Part shown: piece after piece, positions 28,101 through 40,369 of the stretch
How the letters are laid out: every line of letters starts with the position of its first letter
Position numbering within the stretch: the first letter of the stretch is position 1
Translations under genes and position numbers: made by a program
Assembly: GCA_028534125.1 (NCBI GenBank)
Contig: CM052816.1
Coordinates: 32,304,001 to 32,368,000, forward strand
Direction: 5' to 3'
Length of the DNA stretch: 64,000 nt
Origin: Lama glama
Taxonomy: Eukaryota
Notes under the pieces: model-generated
Seen by the model: only the letters and a program-made list of their open reading frames with translations
Told to the model about the DNA's origin: nothing
Database searches by the model: none

Positions 28101-29679
28101 AGTGTCTGAAATGCAAATCTGTATAGTCTTTGCCCCTCCACCCCAGGCTGCAGCTCCCAGAGGGACACAGGAAAGCAGAGTTGTCGGGTGCAGGCTCTGG
28201 TTGCCAAAGTGATGAAGCATCCGGGGCTGAATTTAGAGACCTTGCTGGCAGTAGGTAGAGGATCAGCATGTACAGGATTCACTTTGCCCCATTCTAGAGT
28301 TACCACAGTCCTTTGATAAAAGCACAAAGGACACTGCTGTGTGCCTGGTTGAGTCACACTGCCCACCAAGATGAGGAAGGACAACTGAGGTTGAAGAGAT
28401 TCATCCTCCCCCTCACCAAGAAATCTTTTGCACAAACAGAAAGCCAGACATCATTAGACAACCTTTCATCACAGACACGAGACATATTGGGACCATGAGC
28501 AGAGCAGCAGTATAAATATTCGGACCCATGTATCCCAAGGTAGAATGAGTGGGTTCTGGCAAAATTTTAAAGGCTAACAATGGGATGGAGAGGTTAGTGG
28601 TAGCACTGTGAAAGGGGTACTTGGTACCCAGGGACAGTGTAATGGGTTGCACCATCCTTCTCTGCACACTGTGCCTACACCAGGGTTTTCAGGAATGGGG
28701 ATTAGAACTGGGCAACATATTTCTTCCTCTGCCCACTTTTAGCTATGCCCCTGAGAGCTAGACCTCATCTTCTGCAGACACAGGCAACTTGTATAACCCT
28801 GGGCAATATTTCTGCAGGTAAAAGAAATGACTTTGAAAGCCTTTGCATAGTATGTTTTGAAAGGGATTTCTCATTAATAGCCTTACAAAGATATTAGCAT
28901 GTAAACATTCAGAACCACCATCATTCTAAAGTACGCTACTTACACAGTACAAAGAAAGGCAGTCTAAGACATTATTCACGGAATTAGGGTTGGGGGGACT
29001 CTGGAGGGAGAAAACACCTACAAGGAATACTGAAGCCAGTGCCACTAGATCAGCCATGAGCTATTTGAGAATTTGTGGGCAACCTTTAAATAATGTCTCA
29101 TTTTGATAGCAAATGTCACTGTGAGCACTTCGGGCCCTACAAGACACTGTTTAAACAGGCTACCTTCTGAGGATAGACCATCTGTGAGCACAACTTAGAA
29201 TACACCAAGCAAAGCAAAGGTATTTGCTAAGATACTGGCTTGATCAATAAGGACAGATTGGAAGGGGTTGTTTGATTTGTGTTGTTTGTGCAGGAGCACA
29301 GAATTTTCAGAATGGGAAGAGGGTACCTGAGGGAGAGCTAACCCCTACACTTGGGTTTTTATAGATGAAGAAACTGAAATCATTTCCTTGAGAAAGCTGT
29401 CATAATGCGCTGAGATCTCACTTCTATCTAGTGCGATTCCAGCCCCTAAGAAGGCTCCAGGCAGAAAGCTTTCCTAAGAAAATGGTCCACTCTTACAATG
29501 CTGTCTGGGCTGTTATTACACACTTTATAGTTGGGGAGGGAGGCCCATTCAATGTGTGCCAAGCACAAGGGCTGTGAGCATTAAAGAAGGAGATTATCTC
29601 ATCCAACTTCCTCATTTTACAGAGGAGAAAAAGACCCAGAAAAAGAAAGCAGCCACGCCAGAGTCCACATCAGATGAAA

Positions 29680-29891
29680 AAGGGTTTCCCAACAGTCCAG
29701 TACTGATGTTTTCTAGGCCAGATATTTCTTTGTTGGGGGGGGGCTGTCCTGTGCACTGCAAGATGTTTAACAGCATCCCTAGCCAGCAGCAATCCCCCAA
29801 CCAATTGTGACAGCCAAAAGTACCCCAAACATTGCCAAATGTCCTCAGAGAACAGAGAGAAGAAAAAATTGTCCCCCGATGAGAACCACTG
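29680..29891. mobile_element. MER20 DNA transposon, apparently interrupting a MIR
   Basis: gggctgtcctgtgcactgcaagatgtttaacagcatccct...acattgccaaatgtcc...gagaaccactg. Confidence 0.85.
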
Positions 29892-30562
29892 GGTTAGAAA
29901 TTGGCCTACCCAGTAACAAAATCCCTCTCCTCCCCAAGCCAGTGCTCCTTCACCACGTGATTACTTGTTTTCAAATAAATATTCCAGAACTAGGAAGAAC
30001 TGATTAATGTATTAAGCCATCCCTAATACTGATTACTTGTCAAACGATGTTATTAACAAGCTCTTAAGAACAAGCCTTAAAAATATGAACTAACTGCATT
30101 TACCCATCTAACTGTGTGTGCCTGATGAGTATAAATGCGTATTTGCATGTATCTATACATAAGGCTGAAACTTGCTACTGTGAGTGTCTCGTTTTGGGGT
30201 TGGTCAAAGTGTAGGGATGTCATGTTAAAAGATACTTCACTAAGCAATTCCTCTACAAATGGTAAAATTTCTTACCACCCTCACAAATTCGCTACACATT
30301 GTACCTAAGCACAGATCATCATTTTTTTTAATTAAGAAGAAGGGACCTCACAATCAAATTGTTTAATCATCTTACTATGAAGATAACAAACTCAGTTCAA
30401 AGAGCTGAGGTCTCCTAAAATAGTGCTTTAAAATCGTGCCAGATTCCTTCTTAAACACAGATGAGAAAAATCAAGCATAAAAGTTAACAGGACATACATC
30501 TTCTACAACCAGTGGCAGCTCCGTTTTCAGAGTTCCAGTTAACTGCGATATTCCAACATTAC

Positions 30563-30640
30563 CTGTTCCTCTTTTTCCGGTGTTCTCTGTTGGAATTTTC
30601 CGATTCACTACCGCTGCTTGTGTTACAGCGCGAGCGTGAC
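30563..30640 (-). CDS. EPB41L4A: EPB41L4A coding exon (~exon 17), 78 nt: (R)SRSRCNTSSGSESENSNREHRKKRN(R)
   Basis: Acceptor ttgtttccag|G and donor AG|gtaatg. Recognised peptide. Confidence 0.95.
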
Positions 30641-30949
30641 CTGGAAACAAAACAAGGGCAAAAGGAAAAAACCCACGTTTATGACAAATGAAAAATTTCT
30701 GAAAGGTTCATGTTGGTTCTTTGGAACTCATTTTGCAGTAAAATTACTAATCCAAAGCTAAGTAGCTGCCTTAGCCCTCTCCCAGTCAGTGCTCCTCAGC
30801 TCAGCCAGGCAGCTGAATGTCCACAGAAACATGAAAGCAGATTAAAGCCAATGTCACCACGCTCCCAGAAATGACCCGGGCATCAAGCACTTCCAACAGA
30901 ACTCTGACGTGGAAAAGCTACAAGCCCCTGGGCTGGACTAAACAGGGAT

Positions 30950-31295
30950 ACAAAGCCGTCAAACCCCTACACCTCCACGGGGAGATGCAGAGTTTATTTC
31001 CCCTCCCCTTGAATTTGTGCTGGTCCGGTGACTGATTTTACCAACAGAAAGAGGTGGAAGGGATACTCCGCCAGTTCCAGGACTACCTCTTAACTGGACT
31101 GGTAGCTTCTCTTTCCTCCCAGCCACCTAGGTTAGCCGGTGCAGAGACCACGGAGATAGAGAGAGAGGTCCCAGGCCACCAGCCATTCTGCCAGAGACTA
31201 GCCAGACCAGCTAAAGAAGTACCTGATCAATCAACAGAATTATACAAGATACAAGTTCTGGGCGGTTTTAATGTAGCAGCAGATAAGAGAGACTG
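30950..31295 (+). mobile_element. MaLR LTR fragment (MLT1F/G/H-like)
   Basis: ttatttcccctccccttgaat...gactgattttaccaacagaa and 3' end ttttaatgtagcagcagataa. Confidence 0.6.
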
Positions 31296-31392
31296 CTCCT
31301 CTGAGACACAAAGGAAAAAAAAGAAATCCTAAGGATTTTAAAGAAAGGAAGACAGAGAGCCAGTTGAAGCCAAAATTGTTACTTAGAAATTT

Positions 31393-31393
31393 T

Positions 31394-31427
<34 letters not shown>

Positions 31428-31435
31428 ATGTATAT
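31393..31435. repeat. (TA)n-rich microsatellite
   Basis: tatatatata...tacatatacatatatatatgtatat. Confidence 0.9.
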
Positions 31436-31550
31436 GTTAGAAAAATTATAATACTCTAAAAGCAGCCACTAATTAAAAAAACATTTCCCAAGTGCTAATC
31501 TGCTAAAACTTCCTCTGTCTCCCTGGACCCTCCCTCCATTTTGTGGTTAC

Positions 31551-31598
31551 CTCCTCCTTTGCTTTAGATCTGAGTCTTCACCACTGTTATGGGCTTTC
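31551..31598 (-). CDS. EPB41L4A: EPB41L4A coding exon (~exon 16), 48 nt: (R)KAHNSGEDSDLKQRR(R)
   Basis: Acceptor ttttttatag|G and donor AG|gtaacc. Fills the expected peptide between the flanking exons. Confidence 0.93.
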
Positions 31599-31853
31599 CT
31601 ATAAAAAAACAAATAAATGAAGACATTAAGGAGAATAGAAAATTATCAACTGGCTGAAGGAAGCACACCAAAATGAGTTTCACTTCAGTTAATTCATATC
31701 TATTATGTAGTCATCCATTTACCAAACATTTCAGTCACACATAGGTGCCCAGCCCTACAACAGGTCCCAGAAACATAACACAGACTGGCCTCAAGAAGCC
31801 AGCAATCTAACGGGGGCTACGAACAGTCCATAAATATCAATGCACAGCACATC

Positions 31854-32485
31854 TGTTACGTTCCATTCATCCAGCGATGGAGTTCATCTGTCGTTCCTAG
31901 ATCTGCAATTGAAACCGAGAACTAACCTGATTAGGCCTGACAAACCCAACCCACCTTGCTTGCTTCTAGTTGATTTTAAACTAAATGCCTACTAGCTTCC
32001 TTATACCTAACACCTCTGACACATGGGTCACTGCAGTAATGGTGGCGTAAGTTGTTTTTTAGGAACTTGTTAGTTCTTGCCCAGTGCAGACCAGGTGAGA
32101 TCACTGACCATTCAAACAGGCCTGTGTGAGTGTCCGATGGACAACATTTTGACATCGGAGGGCCCCAAACTCCACCCTCAGAACATGCTAACTCTGCCAT
32201 TTCCTGAACACACATCCTATAAAGAGCCATGAAGCACAACCATGCTTGCACAGAACATCAATTACCTCACTTTTCTTACCTCCAATCACCTTTCCCCACA
32301 CCTGGGACCACCCTGCCTCTTTATCCCATAAATATCCCTCAGCCCTGTCTTCAAGGAGGCAGATTTAAGATGTGTTCTCCCATCACCTTGCTTGGCTTTC
32401 TTGGAAACAAACTGTTTCTCTGCTACAAACGCTGGCATCTCAGCATTTGACTTGCTACAAGTTGGGCAAACAAACCCAGTTTTGA
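31854..32485 (+). mobile_element. ERV1 solo LTR, MER41-like
   Basis: Starts tgttac. Internal aaactccaccctcagaacatgctaactctgccattt and cccataaatatccc resemble recalled MER41-family LTRs. Boundaries approximate. Confidence 0.6.
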
Positions 32486-32539
32486 GGGCGGGCCCTCAAA
32501 AGGTGGCTGAGCAGTGTTCGATGGAGTCACACAAAAGGG

Positions 32540-33330
32540 CATATTAGCTACACTGCAAATCCACGTTCATGACCTCAAGTGGACTGACAACACAGGCCAG
32601 CAGCCCCACCACCTTTCTCTGATCTAAAGACTTTCAGTTTCTGTAAAGCAGTTTCAAACTCTTTTTACCTTGCAACCAACCCTCTGACCCTCTGTAGTAC
32701 CACTTCAGCAGATGACTTTGTGTTCTTCCAAAGGGAAAAGCAGCCACCAGATGGGAACTTATTCACTTTCCTGTTACCAAAAATAAAACTTACCAACATG
32801 TCCCTCTCTTATTTACGGAACTGTCCTTCAACTAAGGTCAGCCCCTTCACCTGTGCTGTGTGGGTCCCAACACCTCTTATCTATTCAATGACTGTCATTA
32901 ATGACCCTCTTATCTCTTACATATATTCAACTTGTCCTTAGGGCAAATTCTTTTACCAGCTTTTCACATTCTCGGGTCTCTCCTATTCAAACACACCTAC
33001 TTTGACTCCACATTCCCCACGACTTTCCCCAGTCTCTCCTGTCTCCCTCAGAGCCACACTTTTTGAGAGAGGTGTCTATACCCTTTGTCTCCATTTCCTT
33101 ACCCTCTGTTATATGTGCCTTGCACTCTGGTCAGGACAGACAGGCTCTTTAACGTCACCATCACCACTTGCGTTCTTCCATTTTCCAACATAATCACATC
33201 AAATAACATGGGTACGTCCCTGTCTTTACACCACATCTTTGAATAACTACTCAATATAGACACAATTATATAATTATCATTCATAGATGATCTAAATAGT
33301 GTTTCAGGGACACCATTCCATTCTTACATA
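32540..33330. mobile_element. L2 LINE fragment
   Basis: Pyrimidine-rich decayed L2 ORF2-like sequence (gtctataccctttgtctccatttcctt). Confidence 0.5.
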
Positions 33331-33539
33331 GGTTTAATTTTTCTTAGAGATGGTAACTGCCTACTTTTCTATTATCTATCAGATGCTTAGTTAGCCTGGT
33401 GCTTGTCACTACTTCATACAAACTCTGAGAGAGCTGCAAAACCCCTCCTGAGATGGACGAATACTCAAGTGATCTGCAAGTTCCATCTACGTCCCTCCTG
33501 GAGCCCTCTGCCCTCCTGCTCACATCTGGACAGTCTGCT

Positions 33540-34830
33540 GTCTAATACTTCTGTATGAATATCACTTTGATGAACTCCCTTCACCATGAGCCAAGGAATT
33601 CCTTTTGCTTCTCTGTATGATGGATCCCGTATTTCCAGGTCTCATGGCCTCTTGTCTTGGTTTTGGTGGAACTTATCTTCCAGTTGTTGACAGAGAAAAT
33701 ATGCATGGCAAGTATAATTTTTTTTTGAGAGCTCAATTTCTGAAAATGTCTTTATTCTACACATATAATTATGGTTTATCTGGACATAGACTACTAAACT
33801 GAAAATAATCTTCCTTCAGCATTTGAAGGCAATGCCTCATTATCTTCTTCCCCTACTTTTGCTGTTAAGCAGCCAAATGCCATGGTTCTAATTTGTGACC
33901 ATTTGTGCATGGACTTTTTTTTCTCTTTCAGTTTCCTCCCTGACTCCAAGTTTTAAAAATTCTCTTTAAATCTGTAACATTTTGACATTAAATGAATAAC
34001 TAGATTTTTCAATCTATTATGCCAAATGCTCAGTGGGTTCTCTCCATAAAGTTAAATAACTGCATTCTGGGATATTTTCTTGTACTATTTCCTTAATAAT
34101 TTCCTCTCCTGCAAGTTTTGAGTTCTTTTTCCCTTGGAAATTTCATCAGTCAGATGTTTGATAACCACATTTGATTATTTTCAAATCTTATTTCCATATA
34201 TTTGTTTTGTTTTGCTTCTACTTTGGGGAAGAGTTCCTTAGCTTTATCTTCCAAATTGTCTATTGATTATTTAAAATTCTACCCTATCCATTTAAAATCT
34301 AAGAATTCTTATTCACTCTTCCCTTTCACTATCGAAGTTTTCATTTTTCTAAAGATAATAATTATATATTTTAGAAATTTTTCAGTTTCTTGTATTGTCT
34401 CTATCTCCTGCGAGTTCCCCCTACACACTCTCTAATTGTTGGCTTCAGTCCCTGTCTTTCCAAAGACAAGCTATCCTCAAACGCCAGGTGATTACAGCTC
34501 TCTTCATTTAAGCATGAGGCACTAAAAAGTCTGGAACCCCTGGATAGTGTGGTGCATGTTAACTGATGGCTTCACTGCAATCTGGAACAAAGTAATGTGG
34601 GTAATTTCAAGCATTTCATTGGAGGATCCTTTGAAAGTTGGTAACTGTAGGTCTTTTCTCTTGTATCTGACCATATCTTACAGTGAGATTCCCTAATCTC
34701 ATGCCTGGGAGACATAAGCCTGGTTTCCAGCATTCTGAGAATGAAGAGAAAAGGGAGCTACTTGGTAAGCATATTTTTCACTCGGACACAATTTCTCTGT
34801 TTTACAAAGTAATCCTCTTCAACGAAGGCA
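33540..34830 (-). mobile_element. Ancient L1 fragment (5'/ORF1 region)
   Basis: T-rich decayed L1-like sequence (ctgaaaatgtctttattctacac; ttcatcagtcagatgtttga). Confidence 0.6.
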
Positions 34831-34839
34831 AATCAATGC

Positions 34840-36010
34840 TAGTTTCTCTGTCACTGGCTTCTTAGCATTCTACCTATACTATCTTCTCCAGACAGCCTCA
34901 TGTCTATTTCATATTTCAACTAACATCTTTAAGAAATTTACATTTCAGTCCAGATGGCTAATCCAGCACCTGACTTACATCAAGCAATCCATGTAAATCC
35001 CACACATGGACATCTCAAGGGTATCTCAAATTCAACACATCAACAACCAAACTCAGAGTTACCGCTCTTGAGCCTGTTATGTCCAGGTGAGTTTTACTTC
35101 GATACATCACACCTCAGTCCCTAAAACTGCACAAGCCTGGATTTCATTCTTGACATCTGTCACTTCTTCATCCCTCATTTTGATCCTTCCAGTCCCATTG
35201 CTTCTACCTCCTAAAGGGTCTCAAAACCATCCACTTCCTTCTATCTCCACATCACAACCTTGGCCCAAGCTCCCACTCTCTTTCACCAGGACTCATATGA
35301 TAGCCTGATGCCTGCTCTATTTCCTCTACTACCCTCTTCTGCCTTTTCTCCACAGGACAATAAGGATCATCTTCACACAACATAAATGCAGTTGTGTTAT
35401 CACCCTGTTATAACAACCAAAATCCTCAACAAGGCCCAGGTGTCCTTTGAGGTCTGGCCCCATCTTTCTCTCAAGCTCATTTCTAACACATTTCTGTTCA
35501 CTCAGTGCTTCAGCAACACTGACCTTTCACCCTTGCCACAAACGCTCCTGGCTCCCTTCCATTGGAAGGCCCCTGCACACGCTAGCCCTTCAACCTGGAA
35601 TGATTTTTCCTCTCTCTGTCTGCTCTGTATCTCAGAGCCCAGTTCAGGCATCCAACCTCAAGGAACATTTCCTAACCTCCTTGACTCAAGGACTCAGCAA
35701 CACTTCCCTTATTAGTGCTGGTTACACAGGTGTTTGGTTTGTAAAAATTTATCACACTGTTATATTTACGATGTGTGGCCTTTTCTGAAGCCATGTTAGG
35801 TTTCAATAACAAGTTCTTATACATCCCTATAAGCTCCATATTAACTCCGCTCCCCCACCCCACAAGGATATAGGAAAGTTACAACTGCACAGGCATTTGT
35901 GTGATTCGTGTATTTCTTCCCCAGAATGTAAGCTCCCAAAGGTCAGGGACATTCTCTAGTGCTGTTTAACACAGTGCCTGCCATAAAGTAGGCACCCAAT
36001 AAACATTTTC
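34840..36010. mobile_element. L2 LINE 3' fragment(s)
   Basis: tatctcaaattcaacacatc... and terminal gaatgtaagctccc...cacagtgcctgcc...caataaacattt, typical of L2 3' ends. Confidence 0.7.
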
Positions 36011-37344
36011 AAGTGTGAAAATGGACAGCGGTGAAAATAAATTGTACCATCAGTAAGTAGGCTAGCTTTCTTCTTCCAGAAATGTTTAAACAAGCAGGCT
36101 TTAGGGGCTCCATGAACCTTGAAAAATTATATGAAAATTTGTATGTGTATTTAATTATGTGCTTTTTCCCTCTAGGGAATGAATCCAACATTTCATCAGA
36201 TTTTCAGAGAGTTTCATCACCCAAAAAGGTTAAGGACCAATGTTCTAGACTTGGCCAGAATTTAATAGATTTATCCATCTAATGACAAACAACTGGCAAA
36301 ATATGAAATTTTGATGTGTTTTGCATTATCTTGGCCATTCACTGCAAAATAGAATTTCTTTATGAATAAATTTAAGCCCTTGAGAGTCTTCCATGCTGAT
36401 GACAAATCTCGGTTTTAAATGTCAGAGTTGATCCAGCTATCCAGGGATTTGTGCCCAGGGGCAAGGTAAATATGTGTGAAGACAGAACAAGACTGAGAAG
36501 GACAGGGACAACTGCAGGGCATTCAGAGTGGAAAGAAACAAAGAATGAGCTGTGGTTCATTATGCCAATATGCTTCAATGTCTAGTCTCCTCAAAACACA
36601 CATGCCCAATCAGAGACCTTGCAAGTACCACACAGAGCCAGATGGAAGGCCCTGCTCAGACAAAAAGCTTTCCTTCCCTGTAAAATCAAAATAGTCTTTC
36701 CCCTGGATGATGCCAATGAAAGGATCCTGTATCCACTCATCACAGTTACTTCTCTAGATTACACAGGAAACCAGCAGAAAATGTATTTCAATATACAAGT
36801 CATTAAATCTGTATTTGGGAATATGTGTGCTCCAAACTATTTCAACAATTAGTTTGGAGGAAAAAATGTAAATTTTGATCATGTAAAAAGTTGATAAATT
36901 CATTTTCAAACATACTAAAATCAAAATGACCATCTGCTCAATGTGTGTAATTATTTTATTTAGGGAAAGCTGACAAAGTACACTAATAATTCAGGATGAA
37001 AAACTTTAAAAACCTATCTATTTAACAAAAATCATACAGTGCCAAAAATCTCAATATATTTAGCGATTCCCACTACCCACATGCCCTTGACACACACATA
37101 CACACAAATGCACTTTAAAGTGTTTCCCAGTGATGTTGCCTTGGTTTTAAGTCTTGTCCAAGTGGACCCGATGGTTGGTAGGGAAGGAGGGCAGAAAATC
37201 TTTCCCTGTCTTATTCAAACGATGGCTCATTATCCCTGCCTTTTTCAGATGGACAGACCTGACTCTAAATTCCAGATGTGTCATAAGGAACAGTTACCAT
37301 TTTCTCCCCAAGCCTCAGTTTTCTCATCTGAAAAAGTGAGGTAA

Positions 37345-37860
37345 TAATGCTGGGCTAGGTATTTTCCATTGGCCCCAGACCCATCCAGACCTATCTATAA
37401 TCTCCCCTCTACTACCAAGACTAGAAGCCTGAAAATGACATTTTCCTGGACTCCTTGCCTCTTAGGAGCTTAGGTAGGATTTGAAGGCAGGAGAAAAGGG
37501 GAAGCAATTTTGCTTCTGGCATTACCTGTGACACCTACCATTACACTCCTTAAAAGTGGGGGTTCCACAGCGTTAGCTATGCTGGTGGCATCTCCGGCAG
37601 TGGCAGCAAGAGTCCTTTATACAGTGGTGGTGCCCTTGGCAGTGACAGCAGCAAGCACAGGCTCACAGGGGCCAGCTCAAAGGTGGAAGCAGCCTCAGGT
37701 TTCTGGGTAACACCCCCTTCTCTCCTCTTACCCCATGGGCAGCACAGCATGCAGATTGCAGACCTGCACCACTCTCTGCCTTTTGTTCCTTCAGTCCTGC
37801 TCACATTTGTGCACCAATCCCCGCATTAATCCCTCTCTGCTGGAAAGGCCTAGTGATGGA
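37345..37860 (+). mobile_element. ERVL solo LTR, LTR33-like
   Basis: gactagaagcctgaaaatgacattttcctggactccttgc...accaatccccgcattaatccctctctgctggaa resembles recalled LTR33. Confidence 0.6.
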
Positions 37861-38659
37861 ATGATGCATATGCCAACTTCCATGTTGTCATCATAAGGAC
37901 TAAATGAGAGAATACCTAGCAAGTAATTTGCTCAGTACTTGGAACATGGTTAAGGGCCAAATATTTTTCCATTATTCTATCTAATCACTATTGGTCTTGA
38001 TCTCCCTCCCTCTTCTCAGTCCTACTAGGTGAAGGTGATGACCTTTTCCTCCTTAACCATCAAAGGGTGTCAGTGAAGCTGGACCTGGTTTGAGAAAGTA
38101 GGGAATTGAGACTCTGGGAAACTGGCAGAAGTAGAAGGAATCAGACAGGGATGGACCAGTAAGTGAACAGGCAGAGGAAAAAGAAGGGCTTCTGCTTTCT
38201 AAATCCACAGTGCACACAAAAAGAATGTTAATGGTTATCTGAGAACACAGCCTGGGAATTATAAGCCATTGATAAAATACCACTTACGCAGGTACCCAAA
38301 GTACAACACAGTCTCCCACCAAGTAGAAATGAGATGAATTTCACTGGTAAGTCATTTCTAGGTCTTACTCTCTGAATTCCTCATATTGCCCAACCTGCTC
38401 TGCAGAGAGTCCCAAACTTCTAGATAATGGACTTTTTTCTTATATTAAGTACATACACACAAATATAATCACACAAACAATGTGACCTGCTGGGTAAAAT
38501 GTAACAGGATTCAATTTTCTCTGTTCTTTGAAAGGGTTTTTACTTAAGTTTAAGCAACAATATCAGTCTTGAGAACAAAGCACTCAGCCTCAGCTAAGAG
38601 GTCTCTAAATAAAATTTTGTGTTTTCAAGTTAAAACATTTAAAATTTTAATATATTAAT

Positions 38660-38750
38660 GCATACCATTAATATATATTATTATACACTATATATACACT
38701 ACATATTACACTATATTATATACACTACATATTACACACAGTATATAAAA
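38660..38750. repeat. AT-rich low-complexity tandem repeat (tatacactacatattacac units)
   Basis: Repeated tatatacactacatattacac. Confidence 0.8.
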
Positions 38751-38825
38751 TATATTCTTGAAATATATCATATACATTTTAAAATTTAGTCTTAATCACA
38801 ATAAAGAGAGCAAGTTCCCATCAAT

Positions 38826-38977
38826 TTAAAAAGTTTTTTTTCTTTTAATTAAATTCCTTTTTGGGAGGGAGGTAATTAAGGTTTATTTATTTATTTTTTA
38901 AAGTAAGTACTAGGGATTGAACCCAGGGCCTTGTGCATGCTAAGCACGCAGTCTACCACTGAGGTCTACCCTCACCT
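38826..38977 (-). mobile_element. tRNA-Ala-derived SINE, camelid Vic-1-like
   Basis: Reverse complement GGTAGACCTCAGTGGTAGACTGCGTGCTTAGCATGCACAAGGCCCTGGGTTCAATCCCTAG has A and B boxes, then an (AAAT)n tail and aattacctccc. TSD ccatcaat at 38818-38825 and 38978-38985. Confidence 0.85.
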
Positions 38978-39197
38978 CCATCAATATTTTACAAAATTAT
39001 TCTCTGAAACTCTGGCTATTTAAGAGAAATGGTTCAGGATCCCAGGCTTATTTTACCTCAGAAAAACAAAACCTAAGCTCTCTGTTATTGTGGGGTGACC
39101 AAGGGTCATGATGTTATGAGAGTAACATGTGATAAAAAAAGTGACTGGGGTCCAGAGCTTCTGGTGAAAATTAAAAGCTGAGGGCTGTCCAGCTTAC

Positions 39198-39311
39198 CTC
39201 CTCCTTGTGGGCTGTAGAGAGTCATTGTCACTCCCACAGGAGGGGTTTCGGCGGCGTGTGTAGGGGAACTTCGGGGACTTCGTGCGATCGTTGGGAGAGT
39301 TGTAGAGTCCG
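39198..39311 (-). CDS. EPB41L4A: EPB41L4A coding exon (~exon 15), 114 nt: (S)GLYNSPNDRTKSPKFPYTRRRNPSCGSDNDSLQPTRR(R)
   Basis: Acceptor cctttccag|C and donor AG|gtaagc. Locally CpG-rich, recognised peptide. Confidence 0.95.
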
Positions 39312-40285
39312 CTGGAAAGGAAGAGGAATAGTCAAGGATGCCTGTAGAGGGCCTGGAGGAGCCATCACCCTCACCCGATCTAGGGAAGTGTTCATAACTG
39401 CACATTAGGTACTTTCAGGGGATACTGGATCGGGGCTTATGGTTCTCTTGGCTAACAAGACTTACTGAAAGAAAAGAGAGGTAAGATCTGATAAAACAAA
39501 TCATAAAAGTCACTATTTTGCAGGAATGGGTTTGTCTCACTGGCTTTCAAAAGTAAGAAATGAACACACACAAATGATGACAATAATAACAACAATTTGA
39601 ATGTAGGACAAACCTACCATGTGCAGGTGCTGACTGAGTTGAGGGTTTTATATTCATTACCTCAGCTTAGCTTCCTATCAGTCCTAATCACTGAAGTACA
39701 ATTATTAGGCCCATTTAACAGAAAAGAAAATAGAAAGATAGAATGTTTAATTCAGTGACCAAGTGGTAGAGCTAGAATCTGACCGCTGGGTGGTCATACC
39801 TGGAACCACTATAACTGCACAGCCAATAAGTCACCATGTGGGTCTGTTACTGTTATAGTAGCTGTGAACAAAAGAAGCTAAACATATCTATGTTTTCCAG
39901 GAATAAAGTTATTCTAGAATCATTATTCATCAGCTATAGTTTTCAACTATATTTTGACATTTTTACAAGAACAATTATCACTAATATGTCATTAAGCATT
40001 TTCAGAAACATATTCTTTTATCCTAAGCCATCCTAACGACTTTCAAGCAGTTTCTTAATATACACAAGTTTTCCCTTCTGTCTGCCCAGGAGAAAGTTTC
40101 ACATTAGGACACATCCTGTTGATTTCTACAGAAGTTCTCTGTCACGCCGATTTAGGAATCTGACTGCCTTGTCCACAGTTAGTCCTCACCAGCCACAAAG
40201 CAGTTGGGAGTCCATTATTTAACAAGCTCCCATTGCTGACCCCTTTAATACTGTTCCTTTTCATAAAAACAATGATTCTCTTTAC

Positions 40286-40369
40286 CTCTGGGGGCCATTT
40301 TCTTCCCATGGTGCATGAGATTTGCTTCTTTGGGTATCAGGGCTGTTTTCATTCTTTGCTTTCTTAAAG
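40286..40369 (-). CDS. EPB41L4A: EPB41L4A coding exon (~exon 14), 84 nt: (S)FKKAKNENSPDTQRSKSHAPWEENGPQ(S)
   Basis: Acceptor poly-T aactgaag|C and donor AG|gtaaag. Recognised peptide, phase 2-2. Confidence 0.94.

Noticed and set aside
38900..38975. tRNA-Ala gene
   Set aside because: Degenerate A box and stems, followed by a SINE tail and flanked by TSDs. It is a SINE.
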